This document shows, piece after piece, positions 14,308 through 28,799 of a DNA stretch of 64,000 nucleotides. The notes under the pieces were generated by a model that saw only the letters and a list, made by a program, of their open reading frames with translations, had not been told where the DNA came from and made no database searches. A program made the position numbers and the translations under genes. Source of the stretch: the human T2T-CHM13v2.0 reference genome, Homo sapiens; assembly GCF_009914755.1 (NCBI RefSeq), contig NC_060943.1, one strand, 5' to 3'. Each line of letters begins with the position of its first letter. Within the stretch, counting starts at the first letter, position 1.

Positions 14308-15890
14308 GAGCTCATCACTGTTAACTCAGCCTGGGTTTTTCACAGCAGTCATGGAAATAGATTCATTAATAATAGTAACAAATATATAGTCTCCCTCTCA
14401 AAGAAACCTTGAGTGGCAGTGGCATACCAGATACACAGTAGGAAATACTGTAGAATTATGTTGTTAAGTTCATAACCAAACATCATACATGATGATAAAA
14501 GACAAGATAATGGTCACATTTATGCAGTATTAACTGAGAGGGCAAATTTGTGCCTGAGAAGCTATTGGGAATGTTCTCTCTCTTTGCATTACTAGGAATT
14601 ACATGGGAAACACATGTAGACAGTCTTCAGGCTATTAAGATTTGTCCACTTAATCTTTACTTATACATGAATAAAAAATGGGAAAACATGATAAATATAA
14701 TAAACTAATACACTCAACCCTGCCCCTTGATTATATAATAGAACAAAATCAGCATGCCCGGCATGAGCCTGCCAGATTGCCAATTCCATCCTCCACCTTC
14801 AGAGGATGCCGCCATCCAGAATTTTGCCTTACTCATTTTACTTTCTTCATAGTTCGACACCTTAAATGTATATTACTAATAGTAGCTTTGCATTTTTGGC
14901 TGATTTAAAAATTGATATAAATGAAATAATGCTGTAGAGATGCTTTTTGGTATTAAGTGGATATACTGTTATTCTTAAAGATGTTTGAAATGAATATACC
15001 TTTCTAAATATCTTTTTAAAATAATACATTAAATGATACTGCTTTAGAATTCATGAACTGCATCTCATGAGAATATGTAGAGATGACGTGGGCAGGTAAA
15101 GTAAAACTTCAGGTTGAATATCCTATGATAATTTAAAAATGACAAAATAGTGTGGTGAATAATAGAGCTTGAGCACTTTAAGGCACCGTAGGGACCCCTT
15201 CAATGTAATGATGACAGTGCTGAGGTGCAGAGAAGTTAGGTAATCAGCCCAAGCCACTACTCTAAGGACAGACCCTATCTACTTTTCCTAATTTGTCAGA
15301 AGACTGCCTATGATACTACTAATAAAAAGTCCTATGAAATTGGTATTGTCATTATTTTACAAATAAAATAATCTTCAATTTTTGTTTCCTCTATGCATGG
15401 GTTACTTAGTATTTTGTAATTTGAATTTCAAGCATAATTAAAAAGAAATCAGGTATCTAGGCTGGGCATGATGGCTCAAGCCTGTAATCTCAACATTTTG
15501 GGAGGCTGAGGCAAGAGGATCACTTGAGGCCAGGAGTTTGAGGTATCTTTTGTTGATCTCTACACTGATTGTATTCTCTCTTTTATTCTATGAAAGTTAA
15601 AGATTTTTTCTGATACTACATATTGTCAGTTTTTTAAATACTCAGTTTGTGCTAAAAGAAAACATTCGGCAACTGATATCTGCTGTTCTGTATGTATCTG
15701 TCAGTCCAGATTTGTCCATTATGGTGTATGAATCTAATAGAACCTCACCAATGTTATACCTGCCTTCTTGAAATCATTACTGAGATAGCTAATATTAAAA
15801 TATCCTGGTTTGTCTGTATATTTAATTCTTTACTCTCATTATACTAAATTTTTTTAATGTAATTTGAATTGATGGTAAAAATTGTATACA

Positions 15891-16020
15891 GGCCGGGTGC
15901 AGTGGCTCACTCCTATAATCCCAGCATTTTGGAAGTCCTATGCAGGAGGATTGCCAGAGGCCAGGAATTTGAGATCAGCCTGGGCAACATAGTGAAACTC
16001 TCATCTTTATAAAAAGTAAT
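15891..16020 (+). mobile_element. FLAM_C/Alu left monomer (another fragment at ~15459-15543)
   Basis: GGCCGGGTGCAGTGGCTCAC start, single arm. Confidence 0.7.
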
Positions 16021-17516
16021 ATTAAAATTTTTAAAAGTGTATAAACTGTAAAGTATATTTTACTGGTGTTTTCTTCCTTATTCCTACTTGTCAGATGCAA
16101 ATACACATTTTTGTGTGTTTGTGTTTAGTAATTATAAGTATACATATTTCATTCTTCTATTTCATATATTTCTATGACATTATATCTTAGATGTGTAATT
16201 TATGAACTACTACTGGATTATTTTAATCCATTAGAAATTACTATTCACGCATTCTGTATTCAATTCATGTGATAGCTAATATATTTGGTTTTAAATGCAT
16301 CTTATTTTGTGGTTTTCTTCTAGGCTGTTTTTTGTGCTTTCTTTTAAAAATATATAGGTTTTAATAATCTTAATTTTCTTTTAGTTTGAAATGTATATAC
16401 TCATTTTATTCATTAGTCTAAGATAAGAATTGTAACACTTCTCTAACCTATTATAGAATTGTTAATACCTTTACCCTTCTCTTGAACACATCAAAGGATG
16501 TCATTGAGTGTTGGTATTGGAGTATAGCATATCTATTATTCTGCTCAATTAGAAGATATTGTTCATGTTGTATAGAGATAATAAGTAATTGTATTGATCT
16601 GCAGATGCATCCATCTCTTGGATTCTCATTCCTTCTACCACTGCAGAACTTTCACCTGTAATCACTTTCCTTTGGCCTTAAGGATAACTTTTAGGGTTAC
16701 TTTTCTACTAAATTTCCAATTTTTGACCAGATATAATCTTATATTGTGCTCTTCCTGAAAAATACTATTGTTGTGGATAGAAATCTGGGTTGGTAGTTAT
16801 TTCTTCAGCAATTTGACCATGTCATTCCACTGTGTCCCTGGCCTCCTGTATACTGGATGTGAATGGATACAATTATATATTGTGTTTATAGTTTTCCTGT
16901 GCTATAGGAACAGTATTCGAATCTGATGCAAAGGACAACACACCCTAGAGATTGTAACAGTGAGATGAACCAAGTGATTGGATGGGGTTTTGAGTTGCTG
17001 GAATAATGGAGTTACAGTGTACAATGCATAAGCAACATAATAAATTATATATCTGGTGAACAAATGGATGGATTGTGCCATGAACTGGTTAGATGCTTAC
17101 CCACATGTCACAGAAGGTCTTCACTTGCAAGGAGGGTGGGAAATACCTCTTGGTCAGCTCTCAACTTGTGCAGCATCAGGCCTCTTTCAATGGGGAAGAG
17201 CCACACAGGAGCAATGAGAGTGGGGAGGCTTTTCACACTGGACAAAGGGATTCCAAGTACAGCAATTGTGGGAAAGCCTTTTGCTGCAAATACATACTTT
17301 TTCAGTATCAGAAAATCCATGCTGGAGTAAACCCTTATGAGTGCAGTCAGTGCTGGCATACCTTTAATAACAGCTACTATTCTATAGTTACCCAAGAGAA
17401 TTCACAGCAAAGCTGTGCCTTATGAGTGCAGTGATTATGGGAAATTATTTGGCTCCAGCTCTAATCTCCATATACACCAAATAGTTCACACAGGATCAAG
17501 GCTTTAAGAGTGTGTT

Positions 17517-17849
<333 letters not shown>

Positions 17850-18013
17850 TCATCCTGTTTAGCACCAGAGAATTCATAGTGGAGAAGACCTTATGAGTGC
17901 AGATCATGTGGCAAATTCTTTATAAAGACACATTTGTTGAGTACCAGAAAGTCCACAATGGAAAAATATCTTCTCAGTGTGGTGAACGTGAGACATTCTA
18001 AAGCCACAATTCT

Positions 18014-18702
<689 letters not shown>

Positions 18703-20199
18703 CTATCTTGTAACATGTTAGAGAATTCACAATGGAACAAGATCTTGTGTGTTCAGGAAATGTGGGAAAGCAGAAATTCCCACATTGCTTGGCAAATGAA
18801 AGTCAACCAGAGAAAGGCCTTTTGTAGCAGATATAAGAAAGCATACAGTGAAGGCCTAACCTCATTAGGCATCAGAAAATTTACACTGGAGAGAGGCCTT
18901 AAGAGTTCATGGAATGTGCTCATTGTTTAACATGGCATGATCCTAAGAGAAAATCTCTGAGAGTAACCTTTGAGAGGGAGCTCTAAGCCAGGATTTGAAC
19001 CTCAGACATATGTGTATTCACACTGTGGAGATTACCTACAACTGCATGAGTGATCAGAAACAAATGGGGTCCTCATCTATTTCCCCTTAGTGGTTTCAGC
19101 GTGGATATTATCCAGCTGCAGCCTAAAAGATCTGAGCTGGGGCCTGCTGTGGATTTCAAGAGGTCCCCATCCTTAATAAACAGTGTTGACCCCACATGGT
19201 AGCTGAGATGGATTTCTCCAACCAGCTTCCCAATCCACCAACCTTAGATATGCCCACCTCATGATGTTCTCATTTGTGCAGAGATAAATGCCATAGTGTT
19301 TAACCCTTCAATCTGTTCTGTTCATTGTGTGGGACTGATTGAGAAAAGAAGGGCTTTGCTAGCAGGGACCACCAACTTTATGTGCCTCAGAGTGGACAGC
19401 AGGATGGTAGAGAGTAGCTCTAAGTCTAGTTTGGCCTGTTTTGCAATGCTACGCAACGTCTCTTAGGGAAAACTGTAGGGCATTGTGAGACTGATCTTGT
19501 GACCTGGATGTCAGGATCTCTGTGAGCCCTAAGCTCACCCTCATGAGGGAGTAGTTGGTGTGACAACCTCCAGTGCTTCTAGAAACAGCATAAGTTGAGT
19601 CCCTTTTTCCCAGAGGATGTGTCATATTCCATCAATTCTGTTGAGGGGTGGCTGTCTCCTAGGACCTCTATGCAGAGGACATTGCCCCTGAAATCTAAAA
19701 TCTGGTAGGCATGTAAGACCTACAGGGGCTAAGCAGGAAACAGATACAGAAACACTACATACAGAAACATTGGATAGTAGGGAGTAGTGGAGACTGGGAA
19801 ACTAGAAGTTATGTGTGTACTCTAAAGGGGGATACACAAATTTAATGTAACTATGACTCTGCGATGAGGGTGTACAAAAATTCTCACGACCGGCTGAGCT
19901 CCTTTTCTCCTATGGCTGAGGCCGGTGTGAGAGCAAACAATCTGAAAGTTTGTGAATTCCTGTACCTCCCTGGGCTGTTGACATTTTGGTCATCACTGAA
20001 CAGGCAGGAACCCCAGGACTGACAAAAGAGAGCTTGGAGTCGATCGTGCATCTTTTGTGACCCAGTCAGCATGTGGGAAGTGATGGCCTTCATTGCTTTC
20101 TAGTTTTTGCTGCCACTGAAGGAGGGCTGACTCAAGATATGGGAAGAGGGAGAGAGTTGAATAAATACAGGATTGATTGATTCAGATTTTTATGTGGAA

Positions 20200-20465
20200 A
20201 CTTTTTTTTCTTAACACATCAATGATATATAATTGGCATACAATAAACTAGACATATTGAAATTGTATAATTTGATAAATTTCGACATGTATACACATGT
20301 CAAAAGTTTCCTCATGCCCCTTACTAATCTCCTCTTATTCTCCAATACTTTATCCCCATGTGACCATTGATTTGTTTAATGACACTATACATTAGTTAGT
20401 ATTTTCTGAAATTTTATATAAATGTAATCATATGGTATGTGTTTATTTTTTATCTGTCTTTCAGT
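20200..20465 (-). mobile_element. Old L1M (MB/MC-like) 3' end fragment
   Basis: GATATATAATTGGCATACAATAAACT and TTTTATATAAATGTAATCATA motifs. Confidence 0.55.
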
Positions 20466-20610
20466 GAACTGTTTCTTTTTAGATTTGGGGGGTACAAGTG
20501 CAGTTTTGTTATAGGGATATATTATGTATTGGTGAAGTCTGGGCTTTTAGTGTGACTGTCACCCAAATAGTTCACATTGTACCCAATAGACAATTTCTCA
20601 TTTTTCACCT
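20466..20610 (-). mobile_element. L1PB-like 3' end, first part (continues at 27475)
   Basis: GGGTACAAGTGCAGTTTTGTTA..GGTGAAGTCTGGGCTTTTAGTGT..CACATTGTACCCAATAG. Confidence 0.65.
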
Positions 20611-22789
20611 TTTTTCCCTTGTTTTGTGGGTTTATTTTCAACTTTTATTTTAAGCTCAGGGGGTCCATGTGCAGGCTTGTTACAGGGGTAAATTGCATAT
20701 CACTGGGGTTTGATGTACAAATGATTTTGTCACCCAGGTAGTGAGCATAGCACCCAACAGAAAGTTTTTTTGTTTTTTGTGTTTCCCTTACCCTTCTCCC
20801 ACACTCTCCCATCAAGTAGGCCCTGGTAGCTATTTTTCCCATCTTTGTGTTTATGTGTTCTCATTGTTTACCTCCCACTTATAAGTGAGAAGATGCAGCA
20901 TTTGGTTTTCTGTTCCTGCATTAATTCATTTCTGATAATAGCCTCCAGCTCCATCCATGCTGCTGCAAAGGACATGATGTTTTTTATGGTTGCATAGTAA
21001 TCCATGGTGTATACATACCACTTTCTTTATTCATTTCACTGTTGATGGGCATCTAGGTTGATTCATGTCTTTGCTATTGTGGATAGTGCTGCAATGAACA
21101 TACAGGTGCATGTGTCTTTTTGGTAGAACGATTTCTATTCCTTTGGGTACATAACCAGTAATGGGATTGCTGGGTCAAATGGAAGGTCTGTTTTAAGTTC
21201 TTTGAAAAACATCCAAACTGCCTTCCTGAATAGCTGCACTAATTTACTTTCCCAGCAGCAGTGTATAAGCATTCCCTTCTCTCCACAACCTTGCCAATAT
21301 CTGTTACTTTTTGACTTTAAAACAACCATTCTGACTGATGTGAGATGGCATCTCATTGTGGTTTGATTTACATTTCTCTAATCATTAGTGATGTTGAACC
21401 TTTTTTTTCATATGCTTGTTGGCCACATGTATGTCTTCTTTTGAGAAATGTCTGTTTATGTCCTTGGCTCAATTTTTTAAATGAGATTGGTTGTTGTTTT
21501 GTTTGTTACTTTGCTTAAGTTCCTTATAGATTCTGGATATTAGACCTTGTCAGATGCACAGGTTGTGAATATTTTCTCCTATTCTGTATGCTGTCTGTTT
21601 ACTCTGTTGGTGGTTTCTTTCTCTGTACACTTCAGTTTAATTAGGTCCCATCTGTCTATTTTTCCTTTGTTTCAATTGCTTTTAGAGACTTTGTCATGAA
21701 ACCTTTGCCAAGGCCTGTGTCCAGAATGATATTTTGTAGGTTTCTTCTAAGGTTTTTTATAGATTTAGGTCATACATTTAAGTCTTTAATCCATTTTGAA
21801 CTGATTTTTGTATATGATGAAAGGAAGGGGTCCAGTTTCAGTCTTCTGCCTATGGCTAACCTGTTATCCTAGCATCATTTATTGAAGGAGAGTCCTTTCC
21901 CTATTGCTTGTTATTGCTTACTTTGTCAAAGATCAGATGTTTGGAGATATGTGGCTTTATTTCTGGGTTCTTTATTCTGTTCTAGTTGTCTATATGTCTG
22001 TTTTTGTATCAATATCATGCTGTTTTGGTCACTGTAGCCTTTAAGTATAGTTTGAAGTTGGGTACTGTGATGCCTCCAGCTTTGTTCTTTTTGCTTAGGA
22101 TTGCTTTGGCTATTTGGACTGTTTTTTGGTTCCATGTGATTTTTAGAATATTTTTTCTGATTCTGTGAAAAATGAAATTGGCAGATTGATGAAATAGCAC
22201 TGAATCCATAAATTGCTTTGGGCAGTATGGCTATTTTAACAATATTGATTCTTTTTATCCATGAGCATGAAATGTTTTTCCATTTGTTTTGGTCATCTCT
22301 GATTTCTTTCAGCAGTGTTTTGTAATTCTTGTTGTAGAGATCTTTCCACTCCCTGGCTAGCTTTATTACTAGGTATTTTATTCTTTTTCTTGACTATTGT
22401 GTATGAGATTGCATTCTTGATTTGGCTCTCAGACTGGACATTCACTGTATATTATTGGTACATAGAAATGCTGATTTTTGTACATTGATTTTATATACTA
22501 AAGCTTTACTGAAGTTATCAGTTCTAGGAGCTTTTGTGCAGAGACTATGGGGTTTTCTAAGTATAGAATCATATCCTCTGCAAAGAGAGATAGTTTGACT
22601 TCCTCTCTTCCTATTTGGATGCCTTTTATTTCATTCTCTTGCCTGATTACTCTGGCTAGGACTTCCAGTACTATCTTGAATAGGAGTGGTAAGAGTGAGT
22701 ATCGTTGTCTTGTTCTGATTCCCAAGGAAAATGCTTCCGGCTTTTGCCTGTCTGGTATAATTTTAGCTGTGAGTTTGTTATAGATGGCT

Positions 22790-23054
22790 TTTGTTGTTGC
22801 TTTGAGACAAGGTTCTTGCTCTGTCACCCAGGCTGGAGTGCAGTGATGCAATCACAGCTCACTGCAACCTCTGCCCTCCTGAGCTCAAGTGCCTCCCACC
22901 TCAGCCTCTCGAGCAGCTGAGACTACAGGTGTATGCCATCACACCTGGCTAATTTTTGTGTATTTTGTAGGAACGGGGTTTTGCTATGTTGCCCAGGCTT
23001 GTCTCCACCTCCCAAAGTGCTGGGATTATAGGTGTGAGACACTGCACCTGGCCC
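22790..23054 (-). mobile_element. AluJ, internally deleted
   Basis: Alu arms; flanking repeat ATAGATGGCT. Confidence 0.75.
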
Positions 23055-25660
23055 ATAGATGGCTCTTATTATTTTGAGGTCTGTTTCTTCAATGCCTAGT
23101 TTGTGGAGGGTTGGAAGGGTTGTTAAATTTTATTGAAAGCCTTCTGTGCATCTATTGAGATAACCATGTGGTTTTTGTTTTTTTGTTCTGTTTATGTGAT
23201 GAATCACATTTCTTAATTTGCATATGTTGAGCCAACTTTGCATGCCAGATATAAAGCCTGCTTGAGTGTGGTGATCGTGGTGGATTAGCTTTCTGATATG
23301 CTGTTGGATTCAGTTAACTAGTATTTTGTTGAGAATTTTGCATTTATGTTTATCAGGGATATTGGCCTAACATTTTCTTTTTTCATTTTGCCTCTGCCAG
23401 GTTTTGGTATCAGGATGACTCTGGCCTCACAGAATAAGTTAGGGAGTAGTCCCGCCTCCTTGATTTTTTGGGAATAATTTCAGTAGGATTAGTACCACGT
23501 CTTTTTACATCTGGTAGAATACAACTGTGAATCCACCTGGTCCAGGGCTTTTTCTGGTTGGTAGCTTTTTAATTACTGATTCAATTTCAGAACTCATTAC
23601 TGGTCTGTTCAGGATTTCAATTTCTTCCTGGTTCAATCTTAGGAGGTTGTATGTTTCAAGGAATGTATCCATTTCTTCTAGGTTTTTTAGTTTGTGTGCT
23701 AAGTTTTTAGTTCTTAATAGTCTCTGAGAGAATTTTGTACTTCTGTGGGGTAGGTGGTAATGTCACCTTTAACATTTCTGATTGCGTTTTTTTGCATCTT
23801 CTTTTTTCCTTATTAATCTAGCTAGTGGGCTACCAGTGTTGTTTATTCTTTTGAAAAACCAACTTACGGTTTTATGATCTTTGTGTAGATTTTCACATCT
23901 CAGTTTTATTCAGTTCAACTCTGATATTGGTTATTTTTCTCTGCTGCTTTTCTTTCTTTTGGGGTTGTTTTTTTTTTCTTTTAGTTCCTCTAGGTGTGAT
24001 GTTATTTTGTTAACTTGAGATTTATCTAACTTCTTGGTGTAGGCATTTTGCACTATAAACTTTCAACACTGCTTTAGCTGTGTCCCAAAGATTCTGGTAT
24101 GTTGTATCTCTGTTTTAATTAGTTTCAAGGAATTTTTTTATTTGTCTTGATTTCATTCTTTACCTAAAACACATTCAGGAGAAGATTGTTTAATTTCCAT
24201 GTAATTGTATGGTTTTGAGAGTTCTTCTAGGTATTGATTTCTGTTTCTACTGTGCTATGGTCTGAGAGTGTGGTTGGTATGACTTTTTTTTTAATTGTTG
24301 AGTATTGCTTTATGGCCAAGTATGTGATTGATCTTAGAATATGTGACATGTGCAGATGAAAAGAATGTATGTTCTGTGGTTGTTGGGTAGAGTATTCTGT
24401 AGATTTCTGTAAGGTCTATTTGGTCAAATGTCCAGTTTAGCTTCCAAATACCTTTGTTAGCTTTCTGCCTTGGTGATGCATCTAACACTGTCAGTGGGGT
24501 GTTGAAGTCTCCTGCTATTATTGTCTGGTTGTCTAAGTCTTGTTGTAGGTCTCTAAGAACTTGTTTCATGAATATGGGTGCTCCAGTGTTTGGTGCATAT
24601 ATATTTGGGATAGTTAAGTCTTGTTGAATTGAATCCTTTATCACTATGTGATGCCCTTCTTTGCCTTTTTTGATCATTGTTGGTCTAAAGTCTGTTTCGT
24701 GTGAAATAGCAATCCCTGCTCTTTTTTTTCCCATTTGCTTGATCTTTCTCCATCCTTTTACTTTGTGCCTATGGGTGTCATTGCATGTGAGATGTGTCTA
24801 ATGAAGAGAATACACAGTTGGGTTTCATTTCTTTTTCCAACTTGCCACCTTGTGCCTTCTAAGTGGGGCATTTAGCCTATTTACATTCAAGGTCAATATT
24901 GATAAGTGAGGATTTGATCCTGTCATTATGTTGTTAGCTGGTTGTTATGTGGACTTTATTGTATAGTTGGTTTGTAGTATCAACAGGATATGTGCTCAAG
25001 TTGTTTCTGTGGTGGCAGATACTCATCTTTTGCTTCTAGGTTTAGCACTGTTTTAAGGACTTCTTGTAAGGCAGGTCTGGTAGTAATGAATTCCCTTAAC
25101 ATTTGTTTGTCTGAAAAAGATTTTATTTATCCTTCACTTAATGAAGTTTAGTTTGGTTGGATATTAAATTCTTGGTTCAAATTTCTTTCATTTAAAAATG
25201 CTGAATATAGGCCCCCAGTCTCTTCCAGCTTGTAAACTTTCTGAAAGGTCCACGGTTAGCCTGATCGGGTTCCTTTTGTGGGTAACCTGCCACTTCTCTC
25301 TAGCTGCCTTTAATGTTTTTCTTTTGTATTGACCTTGGAGAATCTGATGACTATGTGTCTTAGGGATGGTCATCTTGTATAATATCATCTCACAGGGGTT
25401 CTCTGAATGTCCTGAATTTGCATGTCAACCTCTCTAGTGTGGTTGGGGAAATGTTCATGGACAGTATCATCAAATATGTTTTCCAAGTTCCTTGTTGTCT
25501 CTCCATCTCTTTCTGGAATGCCAATGTGTTATAGGCTTGGTCTTTTTACATATCCCATATTTCTTGTAGGTTTTATTCATTTTTTAAAATTCTTTTTTCT
25601 TTATTTTTTTCTGCTGTATTGGTTCAAAGGAGTCGTGTTTGAGCTCTGAGATTATTTTCT

Positions 25661-26334
25661 TTTTTTTTGTGGGATAGCAAACACTTATTTGAAGAACTTT
25701 TAGGATAAAATTTAGTTTACCTCTGATAAAGCTGAAGAAAAATGATTGCAGTTTTTATGCATTAAATGATAAACATTGCCTTTGTATTCTTTTCCCAGTT
25801 CTTCTACAATTTTTTCTATATCATCTTCTAGGAAGTCCGTGCTCCCTAAAACAACTTCTTTAAATTTAAATGGTTCTCCTAGTTCAGAAGCATTTCCTGG
25901 GGAAATTTCAAATATTCCAGAAAAGGGGTAAGGATGGCCACCATAAGCAAATTCTCTGCCATAGACTTCAATTTCTGAATGAAAAACTCCAATTCCAATG
26001 GATGAGGTATATTCCTTCATCCAATACATGTCACACACGTTGAGCACCACTAACTGGTTAGCCCCCATCCTCCTCCCCGCGGCCGCCGCCTAGTCCTCAA
26101 GCCGCTCGGTCTCCGCGAGGCCGGAGGCCGCTCCCACCCCCGCGGGCGCTTCAAGGGGCCTGAGCCGGGCACTAAGCGTACAGCCCTGCCCGTGGCAGCC
26201 GGGGCAGAAGCATCGGGCAGCCAAGCCACTCCCGGGCGCCAACGACAGGAGCCTCTGTGCGGACAGGGCCGGACAGCTGGCGGCCCGCTCCGGATGAGGC
26301 ACCTCCCCTAGGCGGCAGACACATGGGGAAAAAC
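25661..26334 (-). pseudogene. DESI2 (PPPDE1) processed retrocopy: GC-rich 5'UTR, intronless 118-aa ORF (26068-25712), short 3' extension and poly(A)
   Basis: [44 protein letters not shown] is the DESI2 N-terminal PPPDE region. A-tail at ~25661-25668. 21-bp TSD TGAGCTCTGAGA(T/C)TATTTTCT at 25640-25660 and 26335-26355. Confidence 0.93.
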
Positions 26335-26416
26335 TGAGCTCTGAGACTATTTTCTAAGCTTGGTCTATTCTGTTGTTAGCGCTTCCAGTTACATTATGAA
26401 ATTGCAATTGCTGTAG

Positions 26417-26801
<385 letters not shown>

Positions 26802-27474
26802 TAATATGGTAATATTATATTTAAACTCTTGGATTGCATTATTGGTTTCCTTGGATTTTTCCTTCCTTGCCATCCAGACTCTGAATTCTAAGTCATTTCA
26901 GCCATTTAAGCATGGTTCCAAACCATCACTAGGGAGCTAGTGCAGTCGTTTGGAGACTTTTAGAGTTGCCAGAAATCTTGCACTGGTTCTTTCTCATATG
27001 TGTGGGCTGATGTTCCTTGAATCTTTGAAGTTGCTCTCCTTTGGATGGGGCTTTCTGCTTTTATATTATTTGATGCCCTTGGGAGTTTTACTGTGGTATA
27101 AGTTGGGTTTAGTTTCATGGTTTCAATTATGGGTGCTTTCACAGGCCAAGGCTCAGCTGAGCACTCCTGAGCTGCATGCTGTAAACCTGGGTAGAGGGGA
27201 TTAAGCCCTTGGCTTTGTTCTCTGGCTGCTTGGGGTGAAGCACCTGCTGTGCTAGAGGGGCTGAGGTGTTCTCAGTCTGCTGGCAAAAGTGCTCCAGCAG
27301 AGCATTGTGGGGACTGCAGAGAGTGCACTGTGGCTGGGGGATGGGGAGGCCACAGGCAAGTGTGCACCACTTGGGCAGTAGAGGGGGGCTACCTGCAAGT
27401 GTGTGCCAATGGGGTGGCATGGCTGTGGTGTAGGTGAGTGAAGCACCATGGTGTGAGGGGTCCCCGGCAATGCC

Positions 27475-28490
27475 TCCCACCTTTTTGAATCTCCAGTGTC
27501 TATTATTCCACTATTTCCATATGTATACATCATTTAGCTACCACTTATAAGTGATAACATGCAGTATTTGACTTTGTTTCTGAATTATTTCACTTAAGAG
27601 AATGGCCCCCCAGTTCCAGCCATATTGCTGCAAAAGCCATGATTTTTTTTAATGACTGAGTAGTATTCCATGGAGTGTATATATATACATACACATATAT
27701 ACATATACATACATATACATACATACATATACATACATATACATACATATACATACATATACATACATATACATATATATACATATACATACATATACAT
27801 ACATATATACATATACATACATATACATACATATATATACATATACATACATATACATACATATATATACATATACATACATATACATACATATATATAC
27901 ATATACATACATATATACATATATACATATACATATATATACATATATATACATATACATACATATACATACATATATACATATACATACATATACATAC
28001 ATATATATACATATACATACATATATATACATATACATACATATACATACATATATATACATATATATACATATATATACATATACATACATATATATAC
28101 ATATATATACATATACATACATATATATACATATATATATCGCATTTTCTTTATCCAATCATCTGTCGATGGACACTTAGGTTGATTCTATGACTTTGCT
28201 ACTGTGAATAGTGCTACAGTAAGCATGTAAGTACAGGCATCTTTTTGATATAGTGGTTTATTTTCCTTTAAGTAAATACCCAATAGTGGAATTGCCAGAT
28301 CAAATGGCAGTTCTATTTTCAGTTCTTTGATAAATCTCCATACTGTTTTCCATAGAGGTTGTACTAATTTACATTCCCACCAATAGCATATAAGCGTTCC
28401 CTTTTCCTTGCATCCATACCAACATCTGTTGGTTTTTTACTTTTTAATAATAGCCACTCTGACCAGTATAAGATGGCATCTCAGTGTGTT
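27475..28490 (-). mobile_element. L1PB-like 3' region, second part
   Basis: CCACTTATAAGTGATAACATGCAGTATTTG and GATGGACACTTAGGTTGATTC L1 3' motifs. Confidence 0.75.
27675..28140. repeat. Compound (AT/AC)n simple repeat, ~465 bp, with 10- and 30-nt higher-order units
   Basis: Units ATATACATAC and ATATATATAC; purine/pyrimidine alternation throughout. Confidence 0.97.
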
Positions 28491-28799
28491 TATGTGTGTG
28501 TGTTTTCTCTCATCATATCTCATTATAACCTCAAATTCCTGGGCTCAAGCAATCCTCTTGCTTCAGCCTCCCAGTGTCTAGGACTACAGGTGTACACCAT
28601 CATGCCTTGCTCTTTTTTTTTTTTTTTTTTTTTTTTTGGTAGATATAACATCTTACTATATTGCCCAGGGTGGTCTCAAACTCCTGACCTCAGCAATTAT
28701 TTTGTGTTGGCATCCCAAAGCACTGAGATTACATGTATGAGCTACCTCCCTAAAATAAGGAAAGTGAGCCAGAAGCTCTGGGCCCAGCCCATGATCTGA

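Noticed and set aside
21135-25649. RT/endonuclease-like ORFs as an active or domesticated L1
   Set aside because: Fragmented by stops, frameshifts and nested insertions.
26090-26302. 70-aa GC-rich ORF next to the DESI2 ORF
   Set aside because: Non-ATG start inside the copied GC-rich 5'UTR; expected by chance.
27590-28193. Five 169-183 aa Y/I/C/M/H/T-rich ORFs
   Set aside because: Translations of the AT/AC simple repeat.
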